A model generated the notes under the pieces. The model did no database searches. It was not told the DNA's origin and saw only the letters and a list, made by a program, of their open reading frames with translations. The translations under genes were made by a program, and so were the position numbers. DNA of 63,964 bases, counting the filler, from Octopus bimaculoides (Eukaryota): assembly GCF_001194135.2 (NCBI RefSeq). It is 4 parts of 3 records of this genome, joined end to end, with 100 filler letters (N's around TTAATTAATTAA, not from the genome) between each part and the next. Parts side by side here need not be neighbours in the genome. Positions count along the whole stretch, not along the records: positions 1 to 26,309 come from NC_068985.1; positions 26,410 to 51,935 come from NC_068984.1; 2 more parts are not named here. The stretch is one strand, 5' to 3'. Below, one piece after another: positions 14,035-26,558 of this stretch (position 1 is its first letter; every line of letters begins with the position of its first letter).

Positions 14035-14531
14035 ATATATGTGCAATGAGCATCTTTCAGTTTCTGTCATCTAATTCCACTCACAAAGTTTTAGTTAACC
14101 TGGGGCTACAACTGAAGACACTTGCACAAGGTGCCAAGCAATGGGATTGAATTCAAAACATGTGGAAGGGAAACAAATATCCCAACCATACAGCCACATG
14201 TGCATGTAAGTAATTAATAAAAGGTAAGATTTTATACACATGTGTGTGTGAGATAGGTAGATAGATAGAGAGAGACAAATAGACAGACAAAGCAAAAGCA
14301 AAAATTCATTCAGTACATTATACATAGTTTATATTTGTAGATCAACAGCTGGAGACTTGCAAAGTCACCAGCCAGAGGTTAATAGGAATGAAAGTGTATC
14401 TAACTGGTCAGATCTCCTCTACAAGTGAAACTTTAGCAGCATTCAGCTAGAAAGGCAGGCCTTTGAAAGTAGGTAAGCTTGGTTTCCCATTGGATGAGCC
14501 ACATCACATGAAAATATGTTACTAAAAGCTT

Positions 14532-14670
14532 GTTATGCATTACATCTGGGAGAGATCCCTCAAAAAGCATAGAGTTGGAAAACACAATATACTTCAAAAG
14601 TCGTTATGCATTACATCTGGGAGAGATCTCTCAAAAAGCATAGAGTTGGAAAACACAATATACTTCAAAG
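14532..14670. repeat. 71-bp tandem duplication
   Basis: gttatgcattacatctgggagagatc(c/t)ctcaaaaagcatagagttggaaaacacaatatacttcaaa starts at 14532 and again at 14603. Confidence 0.9.
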
Positions 14671-15392
14671 TTCGAAGTTATGGAGGAAGACATTTTCTCA
14701 AGGTTTCATACAGTGAATTAAAACACAAAACCAAAAAGAAGCGAAGTGGACTTTTTAAACCAGGAGTCACGACTGCAAGACAGCAATAATGACTATATAC
14801 TTTAACTCTTCACCATGTTAAGATAGATATGTAAACAGATATTTGAATCAGGTTAATTCATATGTAAAAAAACAACTATGTAGGGCAGATAAGTAATATA
14901 TATATATATATTGAATTTCTCTCTCTGTCGCTTTGTGTGTGCACACACGCACATACATATATATACTACATATGTGTGTGTATGTATATAGATATATATA
15001 TATATATATATTCAGAGAGAGTGATACTTACATAAGTACATATATACATACACATAAATAAATAATCGGTACATAGATAAACACCTATATATTTATATTA
15101 AACCTAACAACAAATATAACAAGTATATACATGCATACATGCAAACAATTATACAAAGATTTATATATATAAATATATATATATATATATACACATGTAC
15201 ATATAAATATATAACCAACACACATATGCATATCTAATGGGTTGGAAACCACTTTTGTATAGAAAAAGTGAAAGGAGGTATGTGTTTGTGTCCCACGACC
15301 AACATTCAATTTTCTGTCCAAAAGGGTTTTTAAACCTATTATCTATATGCTATTCATGTGTGCTTTGAGATCAACTAACCTAAATTCTGCTC

Positions 15393-16364
15393 ATATCATA
15401 CTATAATGGGCATAATGTCCGTCTGTCCGTCTGTACTCACATCACGGCCAAACGGTTGGGCTGATTGGCATGAAACTTTGTAGGGGTGTTTAGGAGGTCT
15501 CTAGGGTGGTTTGTATATAAGTTTAGTCCCTCCCCACCCGCCTATTTTCAGAGAAATTCCATCAATTGAGATATCTTTGGCACCCGGATAACTTTGGCAG
15601 AAGGAATAGGGTGGCCTATACCCTCCTAAAGAGACATGCTTGACCTCCTCCTTCTGCCCCTGCCCCATCACCACCCTCTACCTGTGTAATACCATCAATT
15701 GAGGCAAATTCGGCACCCGGATGTAAGTTTTGTAAGAGGAATAGAGAGGCCTACCTTCTCCCCAAGAGATCAGTCCAACCTCCTCTAAATCCACCTGCCC
15801 CCGCCCCACCCCAACCCAACCCCTTCTTCCTCTATTGAGTTATATAGTTGAATGAAGTAACTTTGGGAACCTATGAGTGTGAGAGTCACATCTCTCCTTT
15901 CGAACACATGAACAGTTTCAAAACATTGTTTACAAAATAATAGCTGATCATTTGCAAAGGAGCGTGTCTACAGTCAACACTTAGGATTTTTGTTCTGGTA
16001 AGTTTTCCTACCATGTATCATACTACGATGTATAAAACAGTGAATGACATGATATGCGTGCATTATATTACACGTTAATTAAAATGTAATAAAAGATTTT
16101 TATCCATCGGGACTACCAGTACACAAAATAACTTTGAAGAAGGGTTGTCCTATTATGCTGCTTCGGAATTTTGACCAGATGGTTGAAATTTAATAATTGG
16201 TGTTATAAGAGATTTTGCAAGCAATAATCTAGAACTGCAAAAGAATTTTACCCCTTAATTTTTTATAATTATTCTTATTTTGGGGGTTAATTATCATTGT
16301 AAACAATGTATAAAGTGTGATATTTGATTATGTTAGACAGTAGAGGAATAGTGCTATATGCTAG
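15393..16364 (+). mobile_element. Possible non-autonomous Helitron-like element
   Basis: 5' TC-atactataa...gtccgtctgtccgtctgt...aaacggttgggctgattggcatgaaacttt and a candidate CTAGT end; similarity judged from memory only. Confidence 0.3.
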
Positions 16365-16924
16365 TAGTTAAGTGACTATGAAATTATGGAATGGATTTTT
16401 CAATTTTAGATATTTGCATTCAGATGTAGGTGCATGTCTCTGATCATAATCACACCTTAATGAAGCAGTGGCTTAATTGTAGTAAGACAACATCATTAAT
16501 CATTTGTCAATTCTTTACTTTGTTTTTATCTTCTGTAAAATGTTACTGCATTTGATGGCAAATAACATTCTAAAAGAACGTCTCAAAAAAAAAAAAATTA
16601 CCCTGGGTCAAGTCCTATATTCAAAATTAGGCCTGTATTACATGCTTTAAAACACTAAAAAATTTATCCAGAATGTGCGCTGCTAAAATTGAGGTGCATC
16701 TAATATGTTACCGTCTTTTATGCTATCAAATACAAAATAATCATATTTAAACACACACACACATACACATGAAAGGTTTTCTCAGTATCTATCAACCAAA
16801 TTTTACCCAAGGTTTTAGTCAATGTAAGGTCACTGCAGAAGACATTTGCCTAAGGTGCCACACAGTAGTTAAAAAGTAACAAAAAAAACCGCAACAAAGA
16901 CAAGCACGTTATAAATATACCTAC

Positions 16925-17073
16925 ACAGATTTATGCAAATGTGGTGAATCTTCCACTTTTTTTGAACTTGAGTGGTAAGTGCAACGACTTGGTAGGTCTG
17001 GACGTCTCCATTGTCGAAATGGGGAAAATCGCTCCTCGTTTTTGTGCAGTTTGCTATGGCTATCATTCACCAT
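16925..17073 (-). CDS. CBS: Cystathionine beta-synthase, coding exon 1 (ATG; heme-binding N-terminus)
   Basis: Reads MVNDSHSKLHKNEERFSPFRQWRRPDLPSRCTYHSSSKKVEDSPHLHKS+GT. The W-x-RPD-x-PSRCT...SPH heme motif matches human WIRPDAPSRC52...SPH65. Acceptor tttcag lies 4 nt before the ATG; phase-2 donor GTAGGT joins exon 2 in frame. Confidence 0.88.
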
Positions 17074-17189
17074 ATTTCTGAAATTTAAACAGTTTTAAAT
17101 TAATAAAAGGAAAGAACACATGAAATAGAATCTTTCAACTGTCATGAAAGCATCCTAAAAGTAGTTAATAGCGTTTATTACCTGGGTAG

Positions 17190-17720
17190 CTGATTAATTG
17201 AGGTTGACATTTTGAAAGTATAGTTACTGCAGTAAGAATGTGGTGGGAAAAGTTCAAAGAGCTATTACTTATGTTGGTCAAAAAAGGTTTCACTCCAAGT
17301 GAAGTGCAGGTTGTATGATACTCAAGTTTGAAGTATAATGGTTAGGATGCAGAAAAGTTGTGATGACTTGAAGGAAATGAGGTACGCATAAACCACTAGC
17401 TATATAATATTAGTGTGCATGAATGACAAAACAGAAATGAGCTGAGAGAAAAGCTGAATATAAGAAACAGATGTACTGTGAAAGAGAGAGGCTATGCTGG
17501 CATGGGTTTGTTGAGAATATTAGAGAATATCAGTTGTATAAAGAAGTGTTGTGGACTCCAAATGTATGAAACTTATAGAAGGGACAAATGGGATGAAATG
17601 GGGAAGGCTGAAACTTATGAAGGAGATGACAAAAGACCAACCACAACATGTGGTGAAGTCTTGTGATAGAGAAAAACCTATCGAACACAATCAAGCATGG
17701 AAAAATGGATGCAAAAATTA
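17190..17720 (+). mobile_element. Decayed RTE LINE 3' fragment
   Basis: WEKFKELLLMLVKKG...LREKLNIR...IKKCCGL...MTKD remnants homologous to the C-terminus of the 46.7-48.7 kb element. Confidence 0.6.
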
Positions 17721-19899
17721 TAATAGAGGTAGAAACAGGAATATATAATATTTACACTTGGGTCTCCCTCAACCATTACATTCATATTAAATCTCCATCA
17801 ATCGTTCTCCCAGTTTCAATTTTGTTTGATCCTCTTTCCTATCTCTATGTCTCCTTGTTACCTCTCTTCCATCACACCACTTGTGTAACAAGGGATGAGA
17901 TTGGATCTGTCTGTCTCCCTTCTTTATTTCTCTTCCACCCAGCCTCCCTCTCTCACTCACTTCCCCATTACTACCTCTTTCATCATTCATTAATGACATG
18001 CATTACTCTCTTTTTCATCAACCTATCTCGTTCTTACCATTTATATCTTCTTATCAAATCTTCTCACCAACAACCAACACATAGCTGTTTATCTCAATTC
18101 ACTCTTCTATTACCTTCTCCTTTATCTTACTTCTTTATTGCCCACAAAGGGCTAAACATAGAGGGGACAAACAAGGACAGACAAAGGGATTAAGTCGATT
18201 AGATCGACCTCAGTACGCAGCTGGTACTTTATTGACCCCTAAAGGATGAAAGGCAAAGTCGACCTCGGCGGAATTTGAACTCAGAACGTAACGGCAGACG
18301 AAATACCGCTAAGCATTCCGTCCAGTGCGCTAACGTTTCTGCCAGCTCGCCGCCTTTTACCTTCTCCTTTATCATCCTCTCACTCCAATTGTTCTGATTC
18401 TTCCCTCTGACTTCCTCTTCTATATCACTCCCTTGCTTCTATCATTGTAGTTCTTTCCTTTTACTTTTTTCTATTATCCTCTTCCTCTGGTTCTCTTATT
18501 CCATCTTTTTCCACCCTGTTGGACATGTTACTTTGAAACAACACAGACAAAATAAAGTAGCAATGCCACTTCAGTCCTGTAGGGACTAAAAACCTCTTTA
18601 GTTTTGGTGCTATGATAAAGTGTACCCAATGAACTTTGTAAAATAGTTGTTGCTAGAAGGGCATCCATCCACAGGAATCATGCAAAAAATGAAACATATG
18701 AGGTCTGTGACTCATCAAGAGAAATAATTCCAAACAGAACCTGACTTGGACCATAAGGACCCACATAACCCTTGCCAACATGGAAAAAAGGAAATAATGA
18801 CACTGATAGTTTATTTATAATTTAAGACAAGCCAACAGTCAATGATGAACCCTGTATGTGGTCATTCAACCTGCTAGAATGGGCAAGGGCAACCTTTTAC
18901 AAGAAGAGGGGTGCATAAGACATGGTTCATCATCAAGCAGGCTGCAGGACTAATTTACATTTGAGCCCACATTTAAAAAACAAACAAGGGAGGTACCTAC
19001 AATGCAACAGGTATTAATAAGGGTGGTTAGCTGGACATGTAATGATTATAATTAATGGCTGAAGTTTGCCCATGACTGTGCAAGAAGTTGCAGTCAAATC
19101 TTTCTAAAACCACACTCAGTTACTTAAACAAAGAAGAATCTATCGGATAATGTTCTCTTACACTATGTGTAAATAAATTATGAGAGCATATCAGCTAGAA
19201 TGCTTTTATTCGTACATCTGCTTGACCTGGGGCTAAACAATAACATTATATAAATACAAGCGTCCTGTTATGATTGGCTTATTGACTTTATTGTCACAGA
19301 CAACAGCTCAGATTCTCATGAGTATGGTTGAAGGGCAACCAGATTAAACAGTCAAAAGTTGCAAAACATGTCATAAATGTAGGACAAATCAGATAGTATC
19401 AAACTGTTTATTTGCTTTACTGACTATAACTGGGCTAAACAGCTTAGTCACATATGCTTAATGGTGTCCAATACAATACCTCTCCATAAATGTTAGAATT
19501 CTCACAAATTGAATCTGTAAAAACAATTTGAATGGTTTCCATCTTGACATAAAGGTTAATAATAAATACCTGGTCTAGTACAAGAAGTGTGCATAATATT
19601 TCCTTCTAGTCAGTCAATTTTTCATGCATAGAACGCAAATTGGGAGTACCCGCAACACCCTTGGAATAAGAAGAGCATTTTAACCTTTCAACAAAAGCCT
19701 ATGACTTGATTCTATAAACATAACAAAATACAAAGGGAAGCATTTTAATGTGTGTGCGTTTTCTATGGCTAATAGTCATAAAATAAAAAAGAAAGGAAAT
19801 TTTTTATAGTTCTTTAATTGATTTCAATCATTGAATTGTGGCCATGCTGAGACACTAACTTATAGGGTATATAATCAATTGTACCATCTAGGGTGCTTT

Positions 19900-21425
19900 T
19901 TAATGTTTTGGCCATGGGAGGAAAGAAGTGCCCATAACCTTTTTCACAGCCTTCAAAAGCTGATGAAGAGAAGGAAGACAGTTATTCTAAGACCAGAGGT
20001 CTTGCTTGAATGCTCATAACAGAGTGTATACTGCTAGAGATATTTAAAGAAGGATACGTGCTCTTTACTTGCAGAGTCAATTTGCTGTGAATTTGATTTA
20101 TACCCAATGATTGATCTAGCATCAGTGGATATAGTTATTGGATATGACCCATTATACCCATGTGGGCAAAAGAGATTCGCCAGAAAGAAGCAACTACAAA
20201 GGTAAGAAATTGATGGGTAAAATTATGAAAATAACAAATAACTTATAGCACAACAGATTAAGAGAATCCACTTAGATGAGACAGTTTGGGATTATATTAA
20301 GAAGCAATACCATTAATGTTCACTTCCTAGTGAGGCAATTACAGAAGTTCTCAACTAAAAATAAGCCACTACACCTAATATTCACCAATGTGGTGAAAAC
20401 CTCTGACAGGGTGCCATGATGGTCATTAAGAATACAATGTTGTTAAATGACTTGTGAGAGTTAGGCAAGCTATGTGTAAAGACACCATAAGCAAAGTGAG
20501 AGTCAGCAGTGAGTTCAGAGAAGAGTCAGGGATTTAGCATTCAGGTTTAGTTCTGAATTCACTACGGTTTATTATAGTCCTCTGGACCAGGGGTTTTCAA
20601 ACTGTGGTCCGTGGACCACAGGGGGTCCGCAAGGACAAGACAGTGGTCTGTGGACAGCAAATACTTTTTATGGGCAATTTGATTTTATATATGTTTTTTA
20701 ATCAAAATCTTTTAATTGACAATAAACCTATTTGTTAAATACTGTTAAATAAATAAATGTAAAAATATGTTATTTTAAGCAAATATTTATGTATAAATTT
20801 CATAAGCGTTTATAAGGGGGTCCCAAAGGTAAAGCCTGAAATATAAAGTTTGAAAACCCCTGCTCTAGACCATAACATAGAAGTTTAAGACTGACTGTTT
20901 GTAAGAAATTAAGTATACCAATTATAAAGTTCTTATGGAAGAAATTCTAAATGTAAATGCAAATCTTCAAATCAAAAGAGCCTGAATGTAAACTTGGTAA
21001 ACATTAAAGCATTGGTTGACAAGAAAGAAGTCAGGGCTTTACTGTCATCTAAGAAGTGGCTATAATTAATATGAAGAAAAGAAGCAGATAGTTATTCTAA
21101 CAAGTATGTTGAATGTAAATTGTGGATGCATGAGAAGTGTCAGAGAAAGACTAATAGAGAAAGAAGACTGAATGAGTAGTAGATGCACAAGAGTAGTAAG
21201 CAGTAAGCGCACCTATGACATAAACTCTCTCAAATACCTTGAAGTGGTTGATAGCATCCAGTCTTTTAGGTAACCTAATGAGCAGAGGAGATTGTTGTTC
21301 TGAAAGCACAGTCACCAGAAAAAGAACAGAGTAGAAAAGGCTTAAAGAACTATTATCTCTGTTAGCAAGCAACAAAGAGTTTTGTTCTTTGAGTGACAGG
21401 CAGCCATGATGCTGCATGGTAGTGA
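19900..21425 (+). mobile_element. Highly decayed copy of the same RTE family, interrupted by a hAT MITE
   Basis: Collinear remnants IPNDW, NYKGKKLMGKIMKIT, KNKPLHLIFTNVVKTSDRVP, ECKLWMHEKC, LEVVDS, AAMMLHGSE matching the 46.7-48.7 kb element. Confidence 0.7.
20588..20862. mobile_element. hAT (Charlie-like) MITE, 275 bp
   Basis: Perfect 16-bp TIR CAGGGGTTTTCAAACT...AGTTTGAAAACCCCTG; 8-bp TSD CTCTGGAC (20580-87) / CTCTAGAC (20863-70). Confidence 0.88.
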
Positions 21426-22682
21426 AATGTACTTACTATTAATAACACCCATTTTGCAGAAAACTCGCTTTAATTCTTGGAAAAAAAAATGATATTTTCA
21501 CAGAAAATGGCCCACTTTCTAACAAAAACATACCGTTTAGTGACAGCCCATTTTACAAAACACTGGGATCATTTCATGAAAAATGGAGTTCATTATCATT
21601 AATTATGGTAAAAACTGTTCCAGAAAATGATGTTCTCCTCTCAGTAGCAAAATCATTGTTGTACAGTAATTAGAAGCAGCAAAAATTATTTTCAACTAGT
21701 TCTGGTATGAGACCATCAGTTCTTCCGGTATTTTCTTCTATGGATTGCAGCCATACTGGCATGCTCTTTTTAAAGGTTTCAATTTAAACAAATCAACCCC
21801 AGTGATTTTTAAGTCTTGATACTTATTTTATTGTCTCTTTAGTTGAACCACTCAATTAGNNNNNNNNNNNNNNNNNNNNNNNNNNNNNNNNNNNNNNNNN
21901 NNNNNNNNNNNNNNNNNNNNNNNNNNNNNNNNNNNNNNNNNNNNNNNNNNNNNNNNNNNNNNNNNNNNNNNNNNNNNNNNNNNNNNNNNNNNNNNNNNNN
22001 NNNNNNNNNNNNNNNNNNNNNNNNNNNNNNNNNNNNNNNNNNNNNNNNNNNNNNNNNNNNNNNNNNNNNNNNNNNNNNNNNNNNNNNNNNNNNNNNNNNN
22101 NNNNNNNNNNNNNNNNNNNNNNNNNNNNNNNNNNNNNNNNNNNNNNNNNNNNNNNNNNNNNNNNNNNNNNNNNNNNNNNNNNNNNNNNNNNNNNNNNNNN
22201 NNNNNNNNNNNNNNNNNNNNNNNNNNNNNNNNNNNNNNNNNNNNNNNNNNNNNNNNNNNNNNNNNNNNNNNNNNNNNNNNNNNNNNNNNNNNNNNNNNNN
22301 NNNNNNNNNNNNNNNNNNNNNNNNNNNNNNNNNNNNNNNNNNNNNNNNNNNNNNNNNNNNNNNNNNNNNNNNNNNNNNNNNNNNNNNNNNNNNNNNNNNN
22401 NNNNNNNNNNNNNNNNNNNNNNNNNNNNNNNNNNNNNNNNNNNNNNNNNNNNNNNNNNNNNNNNNNNNNNNNNNNNNNNNNNNNNNNNNNNNNNNNNNNN
22501 NNNNNNNNNNNNNNNNNNNNNNNNNNNNNNNNNNNCTGTCAAATGTAAATAATGTTCAGAATTTACACTTTAAAATCAGAAATTTGTTTTGTTCTCCCTT
22601 TTCTTTATGACTACTTTTGAGTAACATTTTATTTCAATTTCAAAATTTGTTTTATTTTCATTCATTCAGTTGGTTGTTTTAT

Positions 22683-22728
<46 letters not shown>

Positions 22729-23923
22729 CAGATAGAGATGAGTATGGTACTTAAGTTGAGGCACCAGAATTTAGTACGGTATTATCCATACAATTTCAAA
22801 GTAAGGTGATTAAAATCAAAATAAGCAACAAGGATATCCAGAGGTAATGCAGTACGATCGTTTCATGCAACTCCATTTAATTGAATAATGCAATCATTGC
22901 ATCAATTTAAAATGCAGAGCAATTCTCAGCTGCACAAAGACATAGAATTTATTTAAATTAGAACAGATGGACACATTAGTATAATTATACCTAAAATCTC
23001 CAAGATGTTAAGGAGATAGACAAAGAACATGCTGTCTCCACTCCAGTATAGAAGTTACTAAGTTATCAAGAAGATATACATTGTTACAGACTCTGCTTGT
23101 AACTGAGTTTTTTCTTTTTATGGGGGCAGTTTTAATTTATAGACTAGTTTATCAAATCCTTCTATATCTAAGGCTGAGAGAACAGAGGGTAGTATCTGTT
23201 AGGGGTAGGTCTGAGGGAGCAGACAGAAATCATAGTTGGTATAGTCATAAAAATCAAGATTTATTAGAAGCAATATCATGAGGTTTGGTAAAGGAAAACT
23301 TAAAACAAGATATTAGCTGACAATTAAGGGGGTCACCCACTAGCAGACTATTGATAATGAAACAGGGGAAATCTTATCATGTAGTACTAAAGTTAAATAT
23401 TTTAAACAACATTGTTATATTGTATACAGTTAAAGTTTAGGGTTATTCAAAGGATTATTAAGAAGAATATTATTATAACAAAAGGATAGAAATTTATGAA
23501 TACTTTTGAGTATACCAAACTTTTACCACAATAGAGGGAGGAAAAGAAATTATCCAGAAATAATTTAATATTTATACATATTATACACTTAAATACTAAT
23601 TCATCAGATGGTATCTGTGAATATGGATTAATTGGTATATACTGGTATTAATAAAGGAGTATTGAGATAAAAAAAAACATGCTAATTATATATTAATAAC
23701 ATTATAATCTAAGCAGTCTTTTATAAGTAGTGAATATACCAGTATAGTTGATCTTTTCCTTTTGGCCAGCACATAGAAAAAATAATTTTTTGTAACTAAA
23801 CACTTTCAAATTTCGTATACTTGTAGAATGTGTCATTTAAAACATCATTTACTCTTGGTATTTTTAAGAAAATTCTTTTATTTTCGAAGTTATTTGTGTT
23901 AACGTTGTTGTATTTCAGTAATT

Positions 23924-24759
23924 TCAACCAATCAATGACGTCTATTGAGGTGAAAACAATTACTGCTGTGGTTTGTCAATAAGATGTTCTGGTGGTGTAA
24001 ATTTACTTTGTCACTGATATTTATGACATCGTTCGTGCATTTGTACTGGTTTTAGCTTTAGTGGGTTAGGGTTAGGGTTTTAGGGTCAGGCTGTTAGGGT
24101 TAGGGTTTTAGAGTTAGGGTTAGGTTAGGGTTTTTTCAGTTACTATTTTTGGAGACATTTTTACCCACCCCCCTCCAATTTCTTCATTTTTCACATTTTT
24201 CCATAACTCTAACCCTAAAATCCTAACCCTAACCCTAAAACCCCAACCCTAACTCTAAAACCCTAACCCTAATCCTAAAACCCTAACCCTAAAGCCCTAA
24301 CTTTAAAACCCTAACCCTAACTCTAAAACCCTATCCCTAACCCTGACCCTAAAACCCTAACTCTAAAACCCGAACCCTAACCTTAACCCTAAAACCCTAA
24401 AGCTAAAACCAGTACAAACGCACGAACGATGTCATAAATAACAGTGACAAACGAAATATATACCGCCGATAGTAGTTGTTGACAAACAACGGCAGTAATT
24501 TTATTCAAGGGAAAAGATCCCAAAATGGGCAATTTCGAAAACGCTAAAACAAAACGAAAATACTTCCACAAACAAATTAAATTGAAAAAAATTAAATAAA
24601 TAACTAATAACTGAATTGATTAAACTATATACACGTGTATCTCAAATGTAAATATATCAGAAATAACAGTGACAAAGTAAATTTACATCGCCAGAACGTC
24701 TTGTTGACAAACCACAGCAGTAATTGTTTTCACCTCAATAGACGTCATTGATTGGTTGA
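23924..24759. repeat. Inverted-repeat (foldback-like) element with inward-facing degenerate TTAGGG/TTTTAGGG arrays
   Basis: 23924-24020 is the reverse complement of ~24661-24759; 24020-24060 pairs with 24398-24440. G-rich array at 24063-24134, C-rich array at 24204-24400. Confidence 0.8.
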
Positions 24760-26309
24760 CAGTAAGCGGTACCTTGAAAACTAGTCATACTGGATGAAGA
24801 GGGAGTCGAAGGTGGCCTTCGAAATTACGTTGTCTCAAGCTCTCTAGCTCCGACAGTCCTCCACCTTCTCAGGAGTAGACAAGCCCAATTTCCTCCAGTG
24901 TTGGAGTGCTTCATCCAACTCCCTGTTGGAACTGATCCATGTTGGAGAGGAGAGGATGTTACTCACCAGGGTAATGCAGGCGTGGGTGGACGAAAGGAAG
25001 CAGGAGAGAGAGAGGGACGAACACTGACGAAGGCCAAGACCTCCAAATCGCTTGGGCAATGCAGCCTGATCACAGGACATTGGAGAGAGTCTGACATTGA
25101 CTAAGTCTCTCAAAGATTAGGTTGTTGAAGCGTTGGAGGCACGATGGGAATCGGTAAGATGAGCTGACTCTGAATAAATATAGAACCTTAAGGATCGAAA
25201 AGTAATTCCTAAGTATGAAAAAACCTTGATGGGGTTCGATAGCTTCAATATTTTTCAACAATTGCTCAATGGCAGCCACCTTCGACTGGAAGATGGACTC
25301 AAAGGCAAGGTCAGTGATTGGGGTACCTAAAGAGCAGCAAGCCGATGGGGGAGGGACTGCAATAGAAGGGGAGGACTCTGCAAAACGGTCAATAATTGGT
25401 TGAAGTTGAGAAGCCGGGTGGTTGAGGATCCAGAGCTCACATCTGGAGCCGCTTACTTGGAGGTCTCGGCGACCAAGCTCCCCAACCATCATATTAGCAA
25501 TGGCGAGAACCCTGTTCGGAGGTCCCCCCAAACAAGCATCGTCGAGATACTAGACGTTGGGGTCAAGCTCGACGCCCATCTTGGTGATGTTATCAATGCC
25601 CAGTGCGAACAGAGCAAGCCCAAATGGGTCACCCTGTTGGACCTCTGAGTCGAAGGTAATGATTTGGTCACCGAAAGAGAGATAGGAAAGCTCCCGATAA
25701 GCCTGCCATGCAAGGCGGTAGAGTTGTGGGACCTTCTCGCTTACTGAACTGAGAACAGTATTGCGGATGATGGAGTTGAAGGCATTCTTAAGGTCAAGTT
25801 TGGGGATGATCTTGGGTAACAAGGAGGGCAAGTTGGCATAGGCTCTGGTAGCTTCACATCACAATTTGGTGCCCACTCTCAGCTGGGCGGGGAAAATCCC
25901 TCCTCCAGTAAGTTAGAGACCGATTGTAAGCACACCTTTGCAGTGAGACAGCGAAGGATGCAGTCGACGGCAATGGGGCGCAAGTCTCCGTTGGGTTTGG
26001 TGAACCCGAATAATTTTGCACCGAAGAATAGTGGACGGATATAAGGGACGACGTTCGCTGAAGAGAACTGGTTCACAAACTGAGTCAAATTCTCCAAGAG
26101 CTCAAATTCGGCGTCACCGGCCGATAAGGAGATACCATCCTTGAGGTGTTGAGGCCGAAGGCCATCAATTCCCGCACCTGAAACAACAGGGAAGGATGAA
26201 ATCGCCTTTCTGATGCTATCAGAGGTGAAGACCGGTCTCAAGTATTCTGGGGGATCGGGCCAGTTTAGTTGATTATCAGGAGGTGCCGGTGGGTGTTTCT
26301 CTTTCAGAC
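24760..26309 (-). mobile_element. CRE-clade non-LTR retrotransposon RT fragment (decayed; runs into gap at 5' side, truncated before the RLE domain)
   Basis: Ordered motifs LKEKHPP, GAGIDGLRPQHLKD, DLRPIAV, KLDLKNAFNSI, EVQQGDPFGLALF, *YLDD (25538-25549), LGTPI, HQGFFILR, QAALPKRFGGLGLR; several stops and frameshifts. Clade assigned from remembered motif pattern. Confidence 0.78.
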
Positions 26310-26353
26310 NNNNNNNNNNNNNNNNNNNNNNNNNNNNNNNNNNNNNNNNNNNN

Positions 26354-26365
26354 TTAATTAATTAA
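26354..26365. other. TTAATTAATTAA scaffolding linker inside N-gap (also 51980-51991 and 62851-62862)
   Basis: Identical 12-mer centred in three separate N runs. Confidence 0.9.
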
Positions 26366-26524
26366 NNNNNNNNNNNNNNNNNNNNNNNNNNNNNNNNNNN
26401 NNNNNNNNNGATTTGGCAGAGTTTCTACAGCTGGATGCCCTTCCTAACGCCAACCACTCAGAGAGTGTAGTGGGTGCTTTTACGTGTCACGAAGGCCAGT
26501 CAGGCGGTACTGGCAACGGCCACG

Positions 26525-26558
<34 letters not shown>

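Noticed and set aside
19600-19700. Minus frame AFVERLKCSSYSKGVAGTPNLRSMHEKLTD* as a possible AGMO last exon
   Set aside because: Only a trivial RSM match, a poor acceptor and no intervening exons.
20075-20201. Apparent plus-strand exon (ttgcag...aag|gtaaga) with one open frame, SICCEFDLYPMID...
   Set aside because: It is collinear with the decayed RTE (IPNDW...NYKGKKLM, equivalent to NYRGIKLL), so the splice-like sites are probably coincidental.
21843-22610. Long ORFs in the track spanning N runs (also 27299-27873, 37125-38363, 52521-53218, 55554-57903, 60748-61590)
   Set aside because: Artefacts of translating gaps.
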